Shown here piece by piece: positions 53,021-64,000 of a DNA stretch of 64,000 nt (position 1 is the first letter of the stretch; the number at the start of each line of letters is the position of its first letter). The position numbers and the translations under genes are program-made. Under the pieces are notes generated by a model that worked only from the letters and a program-made list of their open reading frames with translations, made no database searches and was not told where the DNA came from. The stretch spans positions 5,580,001 to 5,644,000 of the forward strand of contig CDPCPM010000213.1 of assembly GCA_976551045.1 (NCBI GenBank). The letters are read 5' to 3'. The stretch comes from Glaucostegus cemiculus. Lineage: Eukaryota.

Positions 53021-53320
53021 AGGGCTCTGTCAACAATGGTAGAGGAGAAGTCATAGTTAAGGACTAAGGAAGATGTCCTAGAGGCACCTGTTGAAAATCC
53101 AGTCACCAGAGCAAGCACAACAAAGACAGATAATGGAATGGAGTTATTACAGGAGACAGGATGGGAGGAAGGTTAGTTGAGATAGCTGTGAGAGCTTGTG
53201 GACATAATGGATATTGGTTGCTAACCTATCTCCAAAGATAGGTTAAGGCCAAGAAATCCAGAAACAGAAGGAAAGAATCAGAAATGGATTATGTAAAAGT
53301 GAGAGCAGGGTGGAAAATGG
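53021..53320 (-). mobile_element. Penelope-like retroelement RT fragment
   Basis: Minus strand reads FHPALTFT*SISDSFLLFLD...DRLATNIHY...SHSYL...SSHPVSCNNSIP...TIVDRAL (with frameshifts), typical of vertebrate Penelope RT C-terminal motifs. Confidence 0.75.
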
Positions 53321-53329
53321 CCTATATTG

Positions 53330-53860
53330 GCAGAGTCATCAGGTGTAAGGACAGGTTAATTATGCTGGAACCGTGTAAGGCACTTTTCTGGGTGCAGCTG
53401 GAGGATTCTACATCTTTGCTCACCATATGACCTGAAGAATGTTGTAGCATCAGGAAGGATGTCAAGGAGATGAAGAGGGTGTAACTGCCTGACCTAGAGA
53501 ACCATTGTTTTGTGGAGACACTGACTAGTTGGATTGTTTTCTTTGTAATAGGGAATATTGTGAGAAAGATTGAAAAATACAAAATCCTGAGGAGGGTGAA
53601 CAGGAAGGACCAATTTTCTCTTGGAAGTGATGTCACTAACTAGGAGACATAGAATTAAATTAATTGATAGAAGGACTTGTGGGGAGTTGAGGAACAAATG
53701 TTTCACTCACTGCCTTAAAGGACGGTAAAGGCAGAAACCCTCATTTAAAAAAATAAACACCTTGTGTCTTATAAAGCTGCAGACCAACTGCTGGGATGTG
53801 GGAGTAACAATCTTGGCTGGCATGGTCACAATGGGCTGAAAAGTCTCCCGCTGTTCCATA
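53330..53860 (+). mobile_element. CR1 3' fragment, degenerate
   Basis: Contains aggaaggatgtc..., aaaatcctgaggagg, actaggagacatagaattaaa and a tgggctgaa tail. Confidence 0.75.
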
Positions 53861-54234
53861 AATTTCTACAATTCAGTGATTTTCTTCCTAGGATTGTTGA
53901 CATTGGTTTCCAATCCAGCTGTTTAATAGTTGGAAGCAGATCTAATGCTTCAAGTTTCCCAGTCTATATCAAAGCAATTTCTTCATCTAGCATTTGAGAA
54001 TATAGGTTGGAGTTGTGTCAGCCAAAGTGGTTTCACTGACAACAGGCTGCCAAAGATTCTGGGTCACTGGGTGTCCTTTCAATATCAGTCCTAGTCACAG
54101 CAGTTAAAATGAGAACTTGGATAAGCTTTTGTGTGCTGATTATCAAAGTTTCAGAATCCTTTTGGAGACCAAGGATTAAATTTTCATCTTAGTACCATGG
54201 ATACTGATTGAGCCATTATTCAGCCAACAAAAAA

Positions 54235-54550
54235 GTATAAGAACATAAGAAGTAAGAGCAAGGGGAAGGCCATTTGGTGATTCATGCCTGCTCCACCATT
54301 CATCAAGACTTTGGCTGATCTATATCCTCAACATGATTTTCTGCATTATCTACATGTCTATTGATTCCCTGAATAACCAGAAATCTATCGATCTCTGTTT
54401 TGAATTATCCCAATGACTGTGCCTCCACCATCCTCGCACGGATAAATTTCTCCTCATTTCAGTCCTAAATGGCTTCCTTCTTATTCTAAGAACATGACCC
54501 CTTGCTCGAGGGAAGGGAAACATCCTTGCTGTATACAGCCTGTCAAATGT
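54235..54550 (-). mobile_element. CR1 3' fragment
   Basis: ORF 54350-54649 includes RMFP..RARGHVLRIRRKPFRTEMRRN; ataagaacataagaa tail at 54237-54251. Confidence 0.82.
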
Positions 54551-56603
54551 CCCATACACTGTATAAAATATATTCCAACCCAAAAAAAATGAAGATGGAT
54601 CCCTTAACAATGTTTTGGTGGCATCTACTAATTCAAGGAAAAAGTCCAACCTTTTTCCACTGTGTTAGGTAAGACTACTGTTGTCAATTCACTAACTGGC
54701 ACTGTCTAATAAAATGATGAATAAATGTTTTAAACATAGAAAATAAAGATACCTATAAGATGAGTAACATTAGAACATTAAAGTTCAATACATATATTTT
54801 ATTTGGGCTTTTATGCTTATTGGTATTTTTTACAGCCCATCAGTCTTTATCCTGCCTAATTTTCTAACTTTATCCACTTGTATATTATTAGCAAATGGAA
54901 TAACTAAGATGATAGAAGTTAGAAATTTGGAATTATTAGATATTTTCATGACCAACTTTTCTGGTTGTTTGTCTCATATTATAATTACACTTTTGATAAC
55001 TCATTTAGTCTGAATTAACAATCCATTTTTGGCCATTGTTCTTCAATGAGATAGCAGAGAGATTATGATATTCTGGATTTGAGCTATTATTTGTGCTTTT
55101 TTATTAATACCAATAACAAAATGATAAATTGTATTTCAACAAGAATAACTTTTGAAACTTTAAATTGACAGTTTCACAATGACTTTTTTTTACACAGGGA
55201 AAAGTTCCCAAAATTTCTTTTTCTTTATTTGAGAGTATATATGCTCTTCAATAAACTTTAATCATTTATTATATTTTTCTTCAGTCAGCTTATTGCCAAA
55301 TGAGTTGTATTTAATTCAATTTTAAAAACTGACAAGAATTATCCTTTGGCATGTTCCTAAAAGATCAGCTAATTTATTCATTTCTCTGGCCAAACTGATT
55401 TACCTGGTAATTAAAAAAAACCACACTGGCTCACTAGGGTATTGTTTGTGCTCTTGCTAAATACAATGAGATAATATAAATGTAACGTATTCAATTAGAA
55501 GAGTCAAGTGTAACAAAAATGTTAAAATGCAAATGGAAAAAATAATAATGAGAAATAAAGACCACTTTGTTTTACTTGATTATTGGATATTCATATCTTT
55601 GATTAATTGAAAGTATCATTGGCTGACACAAAAGAATTATATAATAAGATTTAATTGTGTGTGAGTGGCATGCTTTAGGTTATAGACTAGATTAAACACA
55701 ATCTGTGCTGTGGGAAAGTATAAATGGTTTGAAGGAATTGTATACACTTAGAAAATGAATGAGACATATTGCCCATCTTGAATACTTTTTCAAACAACAC
55801 TCTCCAGACCTGTGACATCTATCATCTAAATGAACAGAGGGAGTGCGACCATCTGCAAGTTGGCATCAATTCATGTACTGTCCTCATTTTGTAATATTTT
55901 GTTGTTCTTTCATCATTATTGGGTCTAAGTCATGGAACACCCTATCAAACAACACTGTGTAAGCGCCTTTAATAGGTCAGTTGCAGCAGTTCAAGAAGGT
56001 GGCTCATAACAACCTTCTCAATGGTATGAATCAAAACTTGATAGTTGGCATGGACATAGTAGACTGAAGGGCCTGTTTCTATGATGTATGAATTCTTGAC
56101 TTAATGAGGGGTGGACAATAAGTGTTAGCCTTACTGGCAATAACTACACCCAATAAATAAATAAAATAAATATATGTTAACATAGCAAATGAGCAATACT
56201 TGTATTCTGAGTGTTATTGCAGGAAGAGTCTTCACAATTTGACTCCATTGCAATTTCACTATAAATTGTAAACAATCCTGCAAGGACTGTGTAATTGCTA
56301 ATTATAAAGATCTGATTACTTCATCCCAGGTTTTTATACCCATGTAATATCTTTGATGCCCACAGATTTACTTAATTAAACTCAATCATTAATTATAATG
56401 GGACGATAGTTGAAATGACAGCAAGATTTTTCTTAAAGATGGATTGCTATAGAATGTTCTGTGGCATTATGTATTGATGTGGCAGCATTCTGCTTTGCAG
56501 CATTATAGGACACAGGCTTTTTCTGATCCCAGGTAAAAATGACTGACTTATCTCTCCAGTACAATGATGCAGAGGCACTAACCAAAGGTAGGGCAATGCT
56601 ACA

Positions 56604-56706
56604 CAGTGTGGGAAACATAGGATATTGGCCTGTCAAACAGCAGCTATTTTTCAAAGTGTAGAGAAGCTGCTGTTTGACAGGCCAATATCCTATGTTTCCC
56701 ACACTG
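56604..56706. repeat. Perfect 42-bp inverted repeat with 19-nt spacer
   Basis: 56604-56645 (cagtgtgggaaacataggatattggcctgtcaaacagcagct) is the exact reverse complement of 56665-56706. Confidence 0.95.
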
Positions 56707-59700
56707 CGTTATGGGAACGGTAGGGTGTTACTCGGAAGTGGGGAAGAAAAGACCATGAGGATTAATGCTTGTCAAAAAGGACATATCCAATATTTTATTC
56801 CAGTGACAAAAATGACTTGAGATTTACATCATATGACATACTTGTGTAATTAACCTTATATATTCAGTAATTCCAAAGAGTAGTAGACTTTAATGCATAT
56901 TGTATAACAACATAAGCAGCATGCATATCTTCTATATTTCAGCAGCTCTCATGTGTTGCCCTTCCTCTTTGTACTGCCTAAACCAGATCAAGTTTCCTTC
57001 CATTCAGTTATTCAGTACCACCCTCCTCCTGCCCCATCCAAAGAACAAGTGGGACTTTTATTTTTGCAAAACATTTTTTTTAAACCACCCTGATTGTTAT
57101 CCTTGGTTTCTGTCCAAGCAATCAATTCTTTATGCAAGGGTGCTTGTACTTATGCTGCTATACAAGATGTTAAATAAAACTGACTGGAAGCGAGAGGGAT
57201 TAATTTACAGATACAGTGGTTTATTTTACCACCTCTTTCATTATATTCTGAAAAGATTATGCCATGAAGCAAGCAGCATGAGATCACTTTTTATTTCCTT
57301 AAATTTGTTTTACAGTTCCTTACAGAGTCTCCAGGTTAGTGTGTAGAGTGACTTGTTAATATAATAAGTTGAGACAGCACATTAGTTCCATAAGCATAAA
57401 GGATATTCATTTGACTCTCTTTGATTAATGCCTTATATTTTGTAATCTTAACAATTACTTTAAAATGTTTAACCAATAGTCAGCATGGACAAATCTTCAT
57501 TTCATTCTGTGTTTGAATTTTGTTAATAACATATTACTACTATACAAGATCTTCATGGAGCAAACTGATGCAGTTAAATGACAGAGGAAAGCATAACTCA
57601 GATATAACACCTCAAGGTAATTTATGTGGCCTTATCTCTAGTTCATTTAGTAAAGGATTTTAATGAATGTACTGAGATTAAAATAATATTATTCTAACTC
57701 TTCAAATTTCAAACTATCAAGTTCTTTCAAAATTAAATAAATTCTGCTTTTTTCTTTTCATTTTAAAGGAACAATGATTGAGATTCTTTCAGAGGGACAT
57801 CTAATGCTGCACTCTATGGTAAATATCCCAGTGGACACTTGGACCCAGACGTTTTCTGACTGCCTAAGGCAACACTGTCACCTGAGATACCCATGCTTGT
57901 TCAAAAGGTTATTACCTGGTGGTTACACAGAAATGGGAAGTTGCTGATGGATCATTAATGGTCTACATTCAAACAATCAATTCCTCAACTTACAAATTCA
58001 AGTGAGGATTATTCCAGTCACTACATACTGAAGTGCATAAATTTGAAGTGGAGCCAATTAAACTCTCCTTCATAATACAAAAAGTGCACTGAAGCAAACA
58101 TAAGACTGCAGTTTAATGAAACCTTATTGTATTTTATGCATGCAATGTAGAGTGAAGAATGTGCCTATTCAGACTGCATGGGATGTTAATTCCGATTTCC
58201 TGACTGTAACCACATTTAGTTTGGTAGATTGAACATAAAATGATCCCACAGATATGTTTGCAACCACAAACATTGCACATTGTTAGATAGCCTGCATTTA
58301 AAAATCACAATTATATTGCTTTGCGGGAACCAAGAACTGTAATTTTAATTCAATCCATCGAATAAACTTTTTAAAGTTTCAACATGCATGTGCTTCTAAT
58401 TTTATCAACATTCTACAAACATCTAAACTCACAATGGGGCTTTGTAACTCCAGAGTAAATCCAGACCAGAGTAAATGCTACTGGAGTCTACAGGCTCTGC
58501 CCCAGAGAAAAACAGACTGTTCCTGTAATTGTTTCAGCTCTGGAGTGAATTTGGAATTGTGCAAATGGGGATTCTGGAGTGATTCCCAAACAGCCTCATT
58601 TTTTGAGTGGATGCCTCAAACAGGCAAAAGGGATGCCAATGTAATAATATTACTACAATTGAATCTCTGTTGATTATCTGTAACTGTACTTTGAAACTGC
58701 AAAATAAAACTGCCTGGCTCTGGTCTGCCTCAGAGTAAAACTACGTGGCCTTAAAGTAGGTGATCTGAGCTTTGAATTAAAAATATGAGCTCGGGGCAAT
58801 TCCCTGTGATCTCATCATTTTTTTTCTCTCTAGGACTATACATAGTATAATTGAAGAGAGTAATGATTATTGCCCACTGATGGATGGATTAATTCATGTT
58901 GTCTGAGGTTTCCCACAGTCAAGTCATCTCTGTATCCTCAACCAGACTCACGTATGAAGAATATTCAATATAAAGAGCTAAGGAAGGCCACTGGCACACA
59001 GGGCACTATATTCGATTGAGACAGATGGTTTGGGAGTGGAAACTGCAAAACAGTAGAGTGGCAGATATGCATTGCAAAATACAATCCAGTGGCTGTGTGT
59101 TCACATCCAACCACAGAATGTGATCAATAAATTTGTGGAGTAACATTGGAGGAAAGTGACCTGGAATGTACTGCAATGATTCACTCACATGCTTCAGTGA
59201 AAGGATATATCCTGACAGGTCCACACATGAATCCAGGTCCAAACTAAGAGGTTGAGTCTTAGGGCTGGCTAAAATGGCTCAGTTGCAAAAACTATGTGAA
59301 AGATCTGCTGGCAACTTTTCAGAGCAATGGTCAATTCATGCCTCTTAACTTGCACATTACAAGAAAGTCTAGGAGACTTTAAACAAAAATGAAGCTACTT
59401 GCGAAAGAATTCTCAAGATACAATGGATGAATACACATTGTAATAAAGGAAGTGTGATATTTTTGTTGCTTCTAATTAATATCCTTCAAATTCTTCTTTC
59501 CTTATATAGATTCTGAATATCATTAAAAATCTGGTCTCTTAAGTGTTGAAATAACACTATCATTTGGAATCTACTGGTCTCTTTACCAAAAAATATCTGC
59601 AGGAGAAAAATGTAATAATATTTTTCTGCATAAAGCATGATTTATGCAGAGTTGAAAACACACAAGGTACATTTTCATCAATTCATGTTTGTATCTCTTC

Positions 59701-60339
59701 ATGGAAAGCAATCATAAATCAGCATAATAAATGCACAGTAATAACACTGCACAGATTTTGATTGTTTCAACTCATTTTCAGTAGTGCCCTAGTAGCCTTG
59801 AGTTTTCTTGATGTATAGATCAATACATTTCAAAAAAAAACCACAGCCTGTCAGCTTTCACTTGCCTGCAGATAAAATTACAGAAGCTACATAACACATT
59901 CCTTGTTTCTTGGTTGCTAGACACAGCATGTAAATACTATAGAGGAAGGTGTAATGTTTTTTCTGGCAAGCCATTTTGGCTCCTGTGACAACATTAGTTA
60001 TTCCATGCTTCCATCCACTTTATATTAAATGTCATCCCAAAGAAAACTGCATAGCTTTGACTTAGATTAATACTTGTGGTTCATGCAGTTTGCCAAGATA
60101 ATTCCCTTCCTTTACATGTGCTTGGCATTGAGAACATATTTATGTTTTGCTAAAGCTTTTGGTTTCAGCATAAATGTTCACTTTCCAAGACAATGAAAAT
60201 AAAGATGTGCTATATTTCATTGAATTAGAGATAGAGGAGCTTTGTCCTGCTTTTGAAAGAAGAAACTGCAAGTTATGCTGGAATGAGTAACTGTGACCGC
60301 TCAATTAATCACTTCAGCACTCATATATTTTGGATATAC

Positions 60340-60493
60340 ATTTACACATGTGTATACTCACATGTGCACACATGCATACATGTACACATGTGCATACACA
60401 CCTGAACAAACACATGCATATATTCACATGTATGTAACCAACACATGCATATATTCATATGTATGTACACACACACACACACACACACACACA

Positions 60494-60531
<38 letters not shown>

Positions 60532-60600
60532 AATATTCATATACAAACTAATTTACACATGCATATAGATAATTAAATATACACATAATATACACATACA
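60340..60600. repeat. Degenerate CA/TA-rich simple repeat
   Basis: Alternating purine-pyrimidine tract with pure CA runs at ~60467-60523. Confidence 0.9.
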
Positions 60601-60759
60601 TTTCTGGGAGTTTCTTGATGTATTTAGAATTGTGAACGACTGAGTTTCAGTGTTAAGATGATACATCTCCAATCATTGCATTAATTATTCTTTGGCTTCC
60701 TAACCATTTTTATTGAAAACTAATCATGCTGGCACATTAGTATGGCTGTAGGCAAAATA

Positions 60760-60965
60760 GTGCAGATACTGGAAATTTGAAATAAAAAATTCTGGAAATA
60801 CTCAACAGGTCAGGTATTATCTATTAAAAGCAAGATAGCATTAATTTTTCAAGCACATGACTTTTCCTTAGAACTCAGTCTGAAGCAACCTGCCATATCG
60901 ATGCTGGTTCTCTCTTCATAGATGCTGTCTGACCTGCTGAGTATTTCCAACATTATCTGAATTTA
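60760..60965. repeat. Palindromic family copy
   Basis: tggaaatactcaacaggtcagg ... ctgacctgctgagtatttcca inverted arms. Confidence 0.75.
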
Positions 60966-63544
60966 AATTAATGTGGTTGCTCTGTTCACTTGACTTTGGA
61001 TTCTATCTCAGCTACTCTTCATGAGATGGGATTTATCTCTGCATAGTCCATATAGTGGAATGAAACTTGTTCCCCTCATTTCAGCCTCTGTAATTTTATT
61101 ATTAAGAAACAACACAGGAAGACATACCCATCTCATTGATCCATTTGCTCAATGGAAGCCGTATTTATTTGCTACCTGTCCGTATTCTGGCAAAAACCTA
61201 AAACAACTAGAAAATGCAAAATCCACCTAAAAAGATCAGATTTGGTAAACCAACACTATTATTAAAGGAAAGCAGTGAATCCAAGCATCTTTCCCTTTTT
61301 TTAATTGATTGCTCATGTTTGTCCAAACAAAGAAGGGAAAGATAGTAAATTGAATATTACAATATTTGCAATATTTGCATATTATAAACAACCAAATACT
61401 TACACATCTCATGGGACTGAATAGACAAATATGGGAGTGCAAGATAAAACTTCATATGGACTTCAACAGCAAGTATTTATTTTTTGTTCTGTTGCATAAA
61501 GGGTTACATTGCCTAAACTGTGAGGTGCAAAGGAAATATGTTAATTTTCTTTTTTGAAAAAGAAATCTAGGTAAATGACCAAGAACTTCTGTGAAGTCAT
61601 AGCAGAATATAGGAAGCTTAAAACTTGAGTAAATATAGAATTAAAAGGGTGAATTATAACCAAAATCTCGAGGTAAAAGCTTGTAGATTATAGGTGAGAA
61701 GGAAAAGTAAGGAGTTTCATCGTTTATAAATCACTTCAACCAGTACCTACGGTAGTTGTTAATATAGTGTGAAAGCGAAACTAACTGCAGCAATCCATAC
61801 TCCAAATAACATGTTCCCTAGATTACTACAGCAGCTTGAAAGTACTTTACTCACTTTGATGCCCTTTGAGTCAACTCAAGATTGTGAAAGTTATTACCTA
61901 AATGCAAGTTTTTTAATGTGTTTTTGCCCATGAAAACACAGACATTAAGACACTCATTGGTGTTTGTTGGAATTGGGTTCATGTAGTGTAATTCTCATGT
62001 AGGAAGCCTTGGAATATTAATACAGGCATTCCAATAATATATATTTCTATAATACATCATTCTGCAACATCTGCAGCCTTGAGAGTGATGATACAACTCA
62101 GCTTGACATTGAAAGATATATACAAACACTGGCAAGTCAAATATATTTATAATATAAGTTATATTTTCCCATGTAACAAATAACTAGAGAGTGAATCCTT
62201 GTTCTGTATGTCTGAATAGTGACCAAAGGGATTGAAAATTTACTTGAATGTAGCCACAGGCCATCCTTTAACAATATGGGTAGGGTTTGCAGTCTTGTTC
62301 TATCTGAGAAATTGCCCACTTACAAAATGTCAATTTATTTAACAGATATTTGCAATTTTCAGGTCTAATATTGGCTATTTGCTGATTATTAATTTTTGTC
62401 ATCACTGGAGAAAACACTGACCATCTTTGATATTATCCTTAACTAAACCTATTTGTGCCTTTCTTCCAGACTGACATGATAAGGTATATATAAATCAAGA
62501 AAAATATTAAAACACAGCACAGTGAAGTACACCATATTGACTATTTAATTATGAATTCCCATTAGAGCTGTAACAGTTAAGTTCTGAGTTTGGGCACCCA
62601 CATTTAACGCTACTGACTGAGGCTGAAATCCCAGGCAATGTTCCCTTTCCAAATGAATGATAACAGGATGCTTACTTGCAGAGATAAAGGGACAGTTTCA
62701 ATGACCATTCCCAGGCTTGCCTTCAGTAGTTGCAGGATAACACGGGGGGAAATCTGTAAAAAATCATTTTCCTTCATCTTCACTGGAGATGTGTTCACCA
62801 TGGGAGAAAATTACAAAGGGAAGGATATTGTACAAGTGAAAAAGCGAACCGTGTGTGGGCCATAAGCCCCCCTGGGTCTGTCTTACTATTCAATGAGATT
62901 ATAGCTGATCCTGTACTTCATATCCATCTTCCTGCCTGGTTTCCATATCCACAAAAATCTAATGATCACAGCATTAGGCGTATTCATCAACTGTGCATGC
63001 ACAGTCCTCTGAAATAGAGAACTCCTTATTATCACAATGGTTTGAGTATAGAATTATATTGTTTACTCAATTTTATATGATCAGGTCTATATCCCAAGAT
63101 CATGGCTTAATTTAAACTAAAAATTAAATCTACATTTTTTTTTTGTTGTAACGATTCGAGTTTTTGAACTTTTTGTGCAATTAGTAGTTTAACTATCAAA
63201 CTAATGCAGAACATGTGCCTGACAAACTACTTGCGAGAAATACATGTTTTAAAAATAGTAGCTTAAGTTGTTAGATTGCACAGTGTGGCTGATGGAAGAT
63301 GCTCATTAGTTTGTTTGTCATAAGATTCATTAAGATTATAGTTGATCTTTTGTCTCAATCTCCTTTTCTTGCGCTGTCCCCATATCCCTTGAACTCTTTA
63401 ATATTCCGAAAATCAATCAGTATTTTAAATTAACTCAGTGACTGAGCCTCCACAGTCCTTTAGGATAGAGAATTCCAATGATTTGCCACTCAGTAATTGA
63501 AGGAATTCTCATCTATATGACTAATAAAGATATCTTATCTTATA

Positions 63545-63828
63545 TCTTATGTCACATATACATTGAAACACACAGTGAAATACACCTTTGTGTAGAGTGT
63601 TCTGGGGACAGCCAATGAGTGTTGCCATGCTGCTGGTGCTAACATAGCATGCCTATAACTTCCTAATTTGTACATCTTTGGAATGTGGGAGGAAACCAGA
63701 GAACACAGAGAAAACCCACACAGACACAGGGACAACATACAAACTTCTTACAGACAGTGGCCGGAATTGAACCTGGGTCGCTGGTGTTGTAATAGTGTTA
63801 CACTAACCGCTACATTACTATGCCTGCC
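63545..63828 (-). mobile_element. V-SINE inserted within a CR1 fragment
   Basis: Reverse complement of the V domain (tgtgggaggaaaccagag...) and of the A/B boxes (gaattgaacc, ctaaccgcta). It is flanked on both sides by CR1-like sequence (63325-63530 and 63830-64000). Confidence 0.8.
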
Positions 63829-64000
63829 TTATGTTTAATTCCGAGAATGTGACCCCCTAGTTCTAGACCCCTCAGGCAGGGGAAACAACCTCTCTACATC
63901 CAATCTTTCAAGCCCTTGTGAGTTTCAATGACATCTTCTCTCACTTTTACACTCTAGAGAATGTAGACCAAGTCTACTCAATATCTCCTTCAATATCTGC

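Noticed and set aside
1-64000. CRISPR arrays, prokaryotic operons, rRNA genes
   Set aside because: The sequence is intron-containing vertebrate DNA, and no repeat-spacer arrays or rRNA motifs were seen.

Overview
Vertebrate genomic DNA, most likely from an elasmobranch (shark or ray), judged from HE1/V-SINE, Deu-SINE-like, CR1 and Penelope-type repeats and from the Dlx protein sequences. The window holds a complete convergent (tail-to-tail) Dlx3-Dlx4 bigene cluster. Dlx3 is on + (join 7977-8310, 9846-10036, 11259-11564; 276 aa). Dlx4 is on - (join 26524-26224, 25546-25353, 22376-22125; 248 aa). The two stop codons are about 10.5 kb apart. The cluster sits in a CpG-rich (~5.3-35.6 kb), essentially transposon-free (~6.3-38.5 kb) domain, flanked by repeat-rich, CpG-poor DNA with no other recognisable gene. 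The top finding is an intergenic element at ~18.77-18.98 kb. It looks like a mosaic paralogue of the Dlx5/6 I56i and Dlx1/2 I12b forebrain enhancers and is followed by splice donors on the strand antisense to Dlx4, suggesting an Evf2-like enhancer/lncRNA unit. That comparison rests on recalled enhancer sequences and needs a real alignment. Other observations: a second intergenic CNE-like block, a uORF whose stop overlaps the Dlx4 start (TAATG), tandem in-frame acceptors in Dlx3, a perfect 42-bp inverted repeat, and several nested or chimeric repeat structures. Repeat boundaries are approximate.
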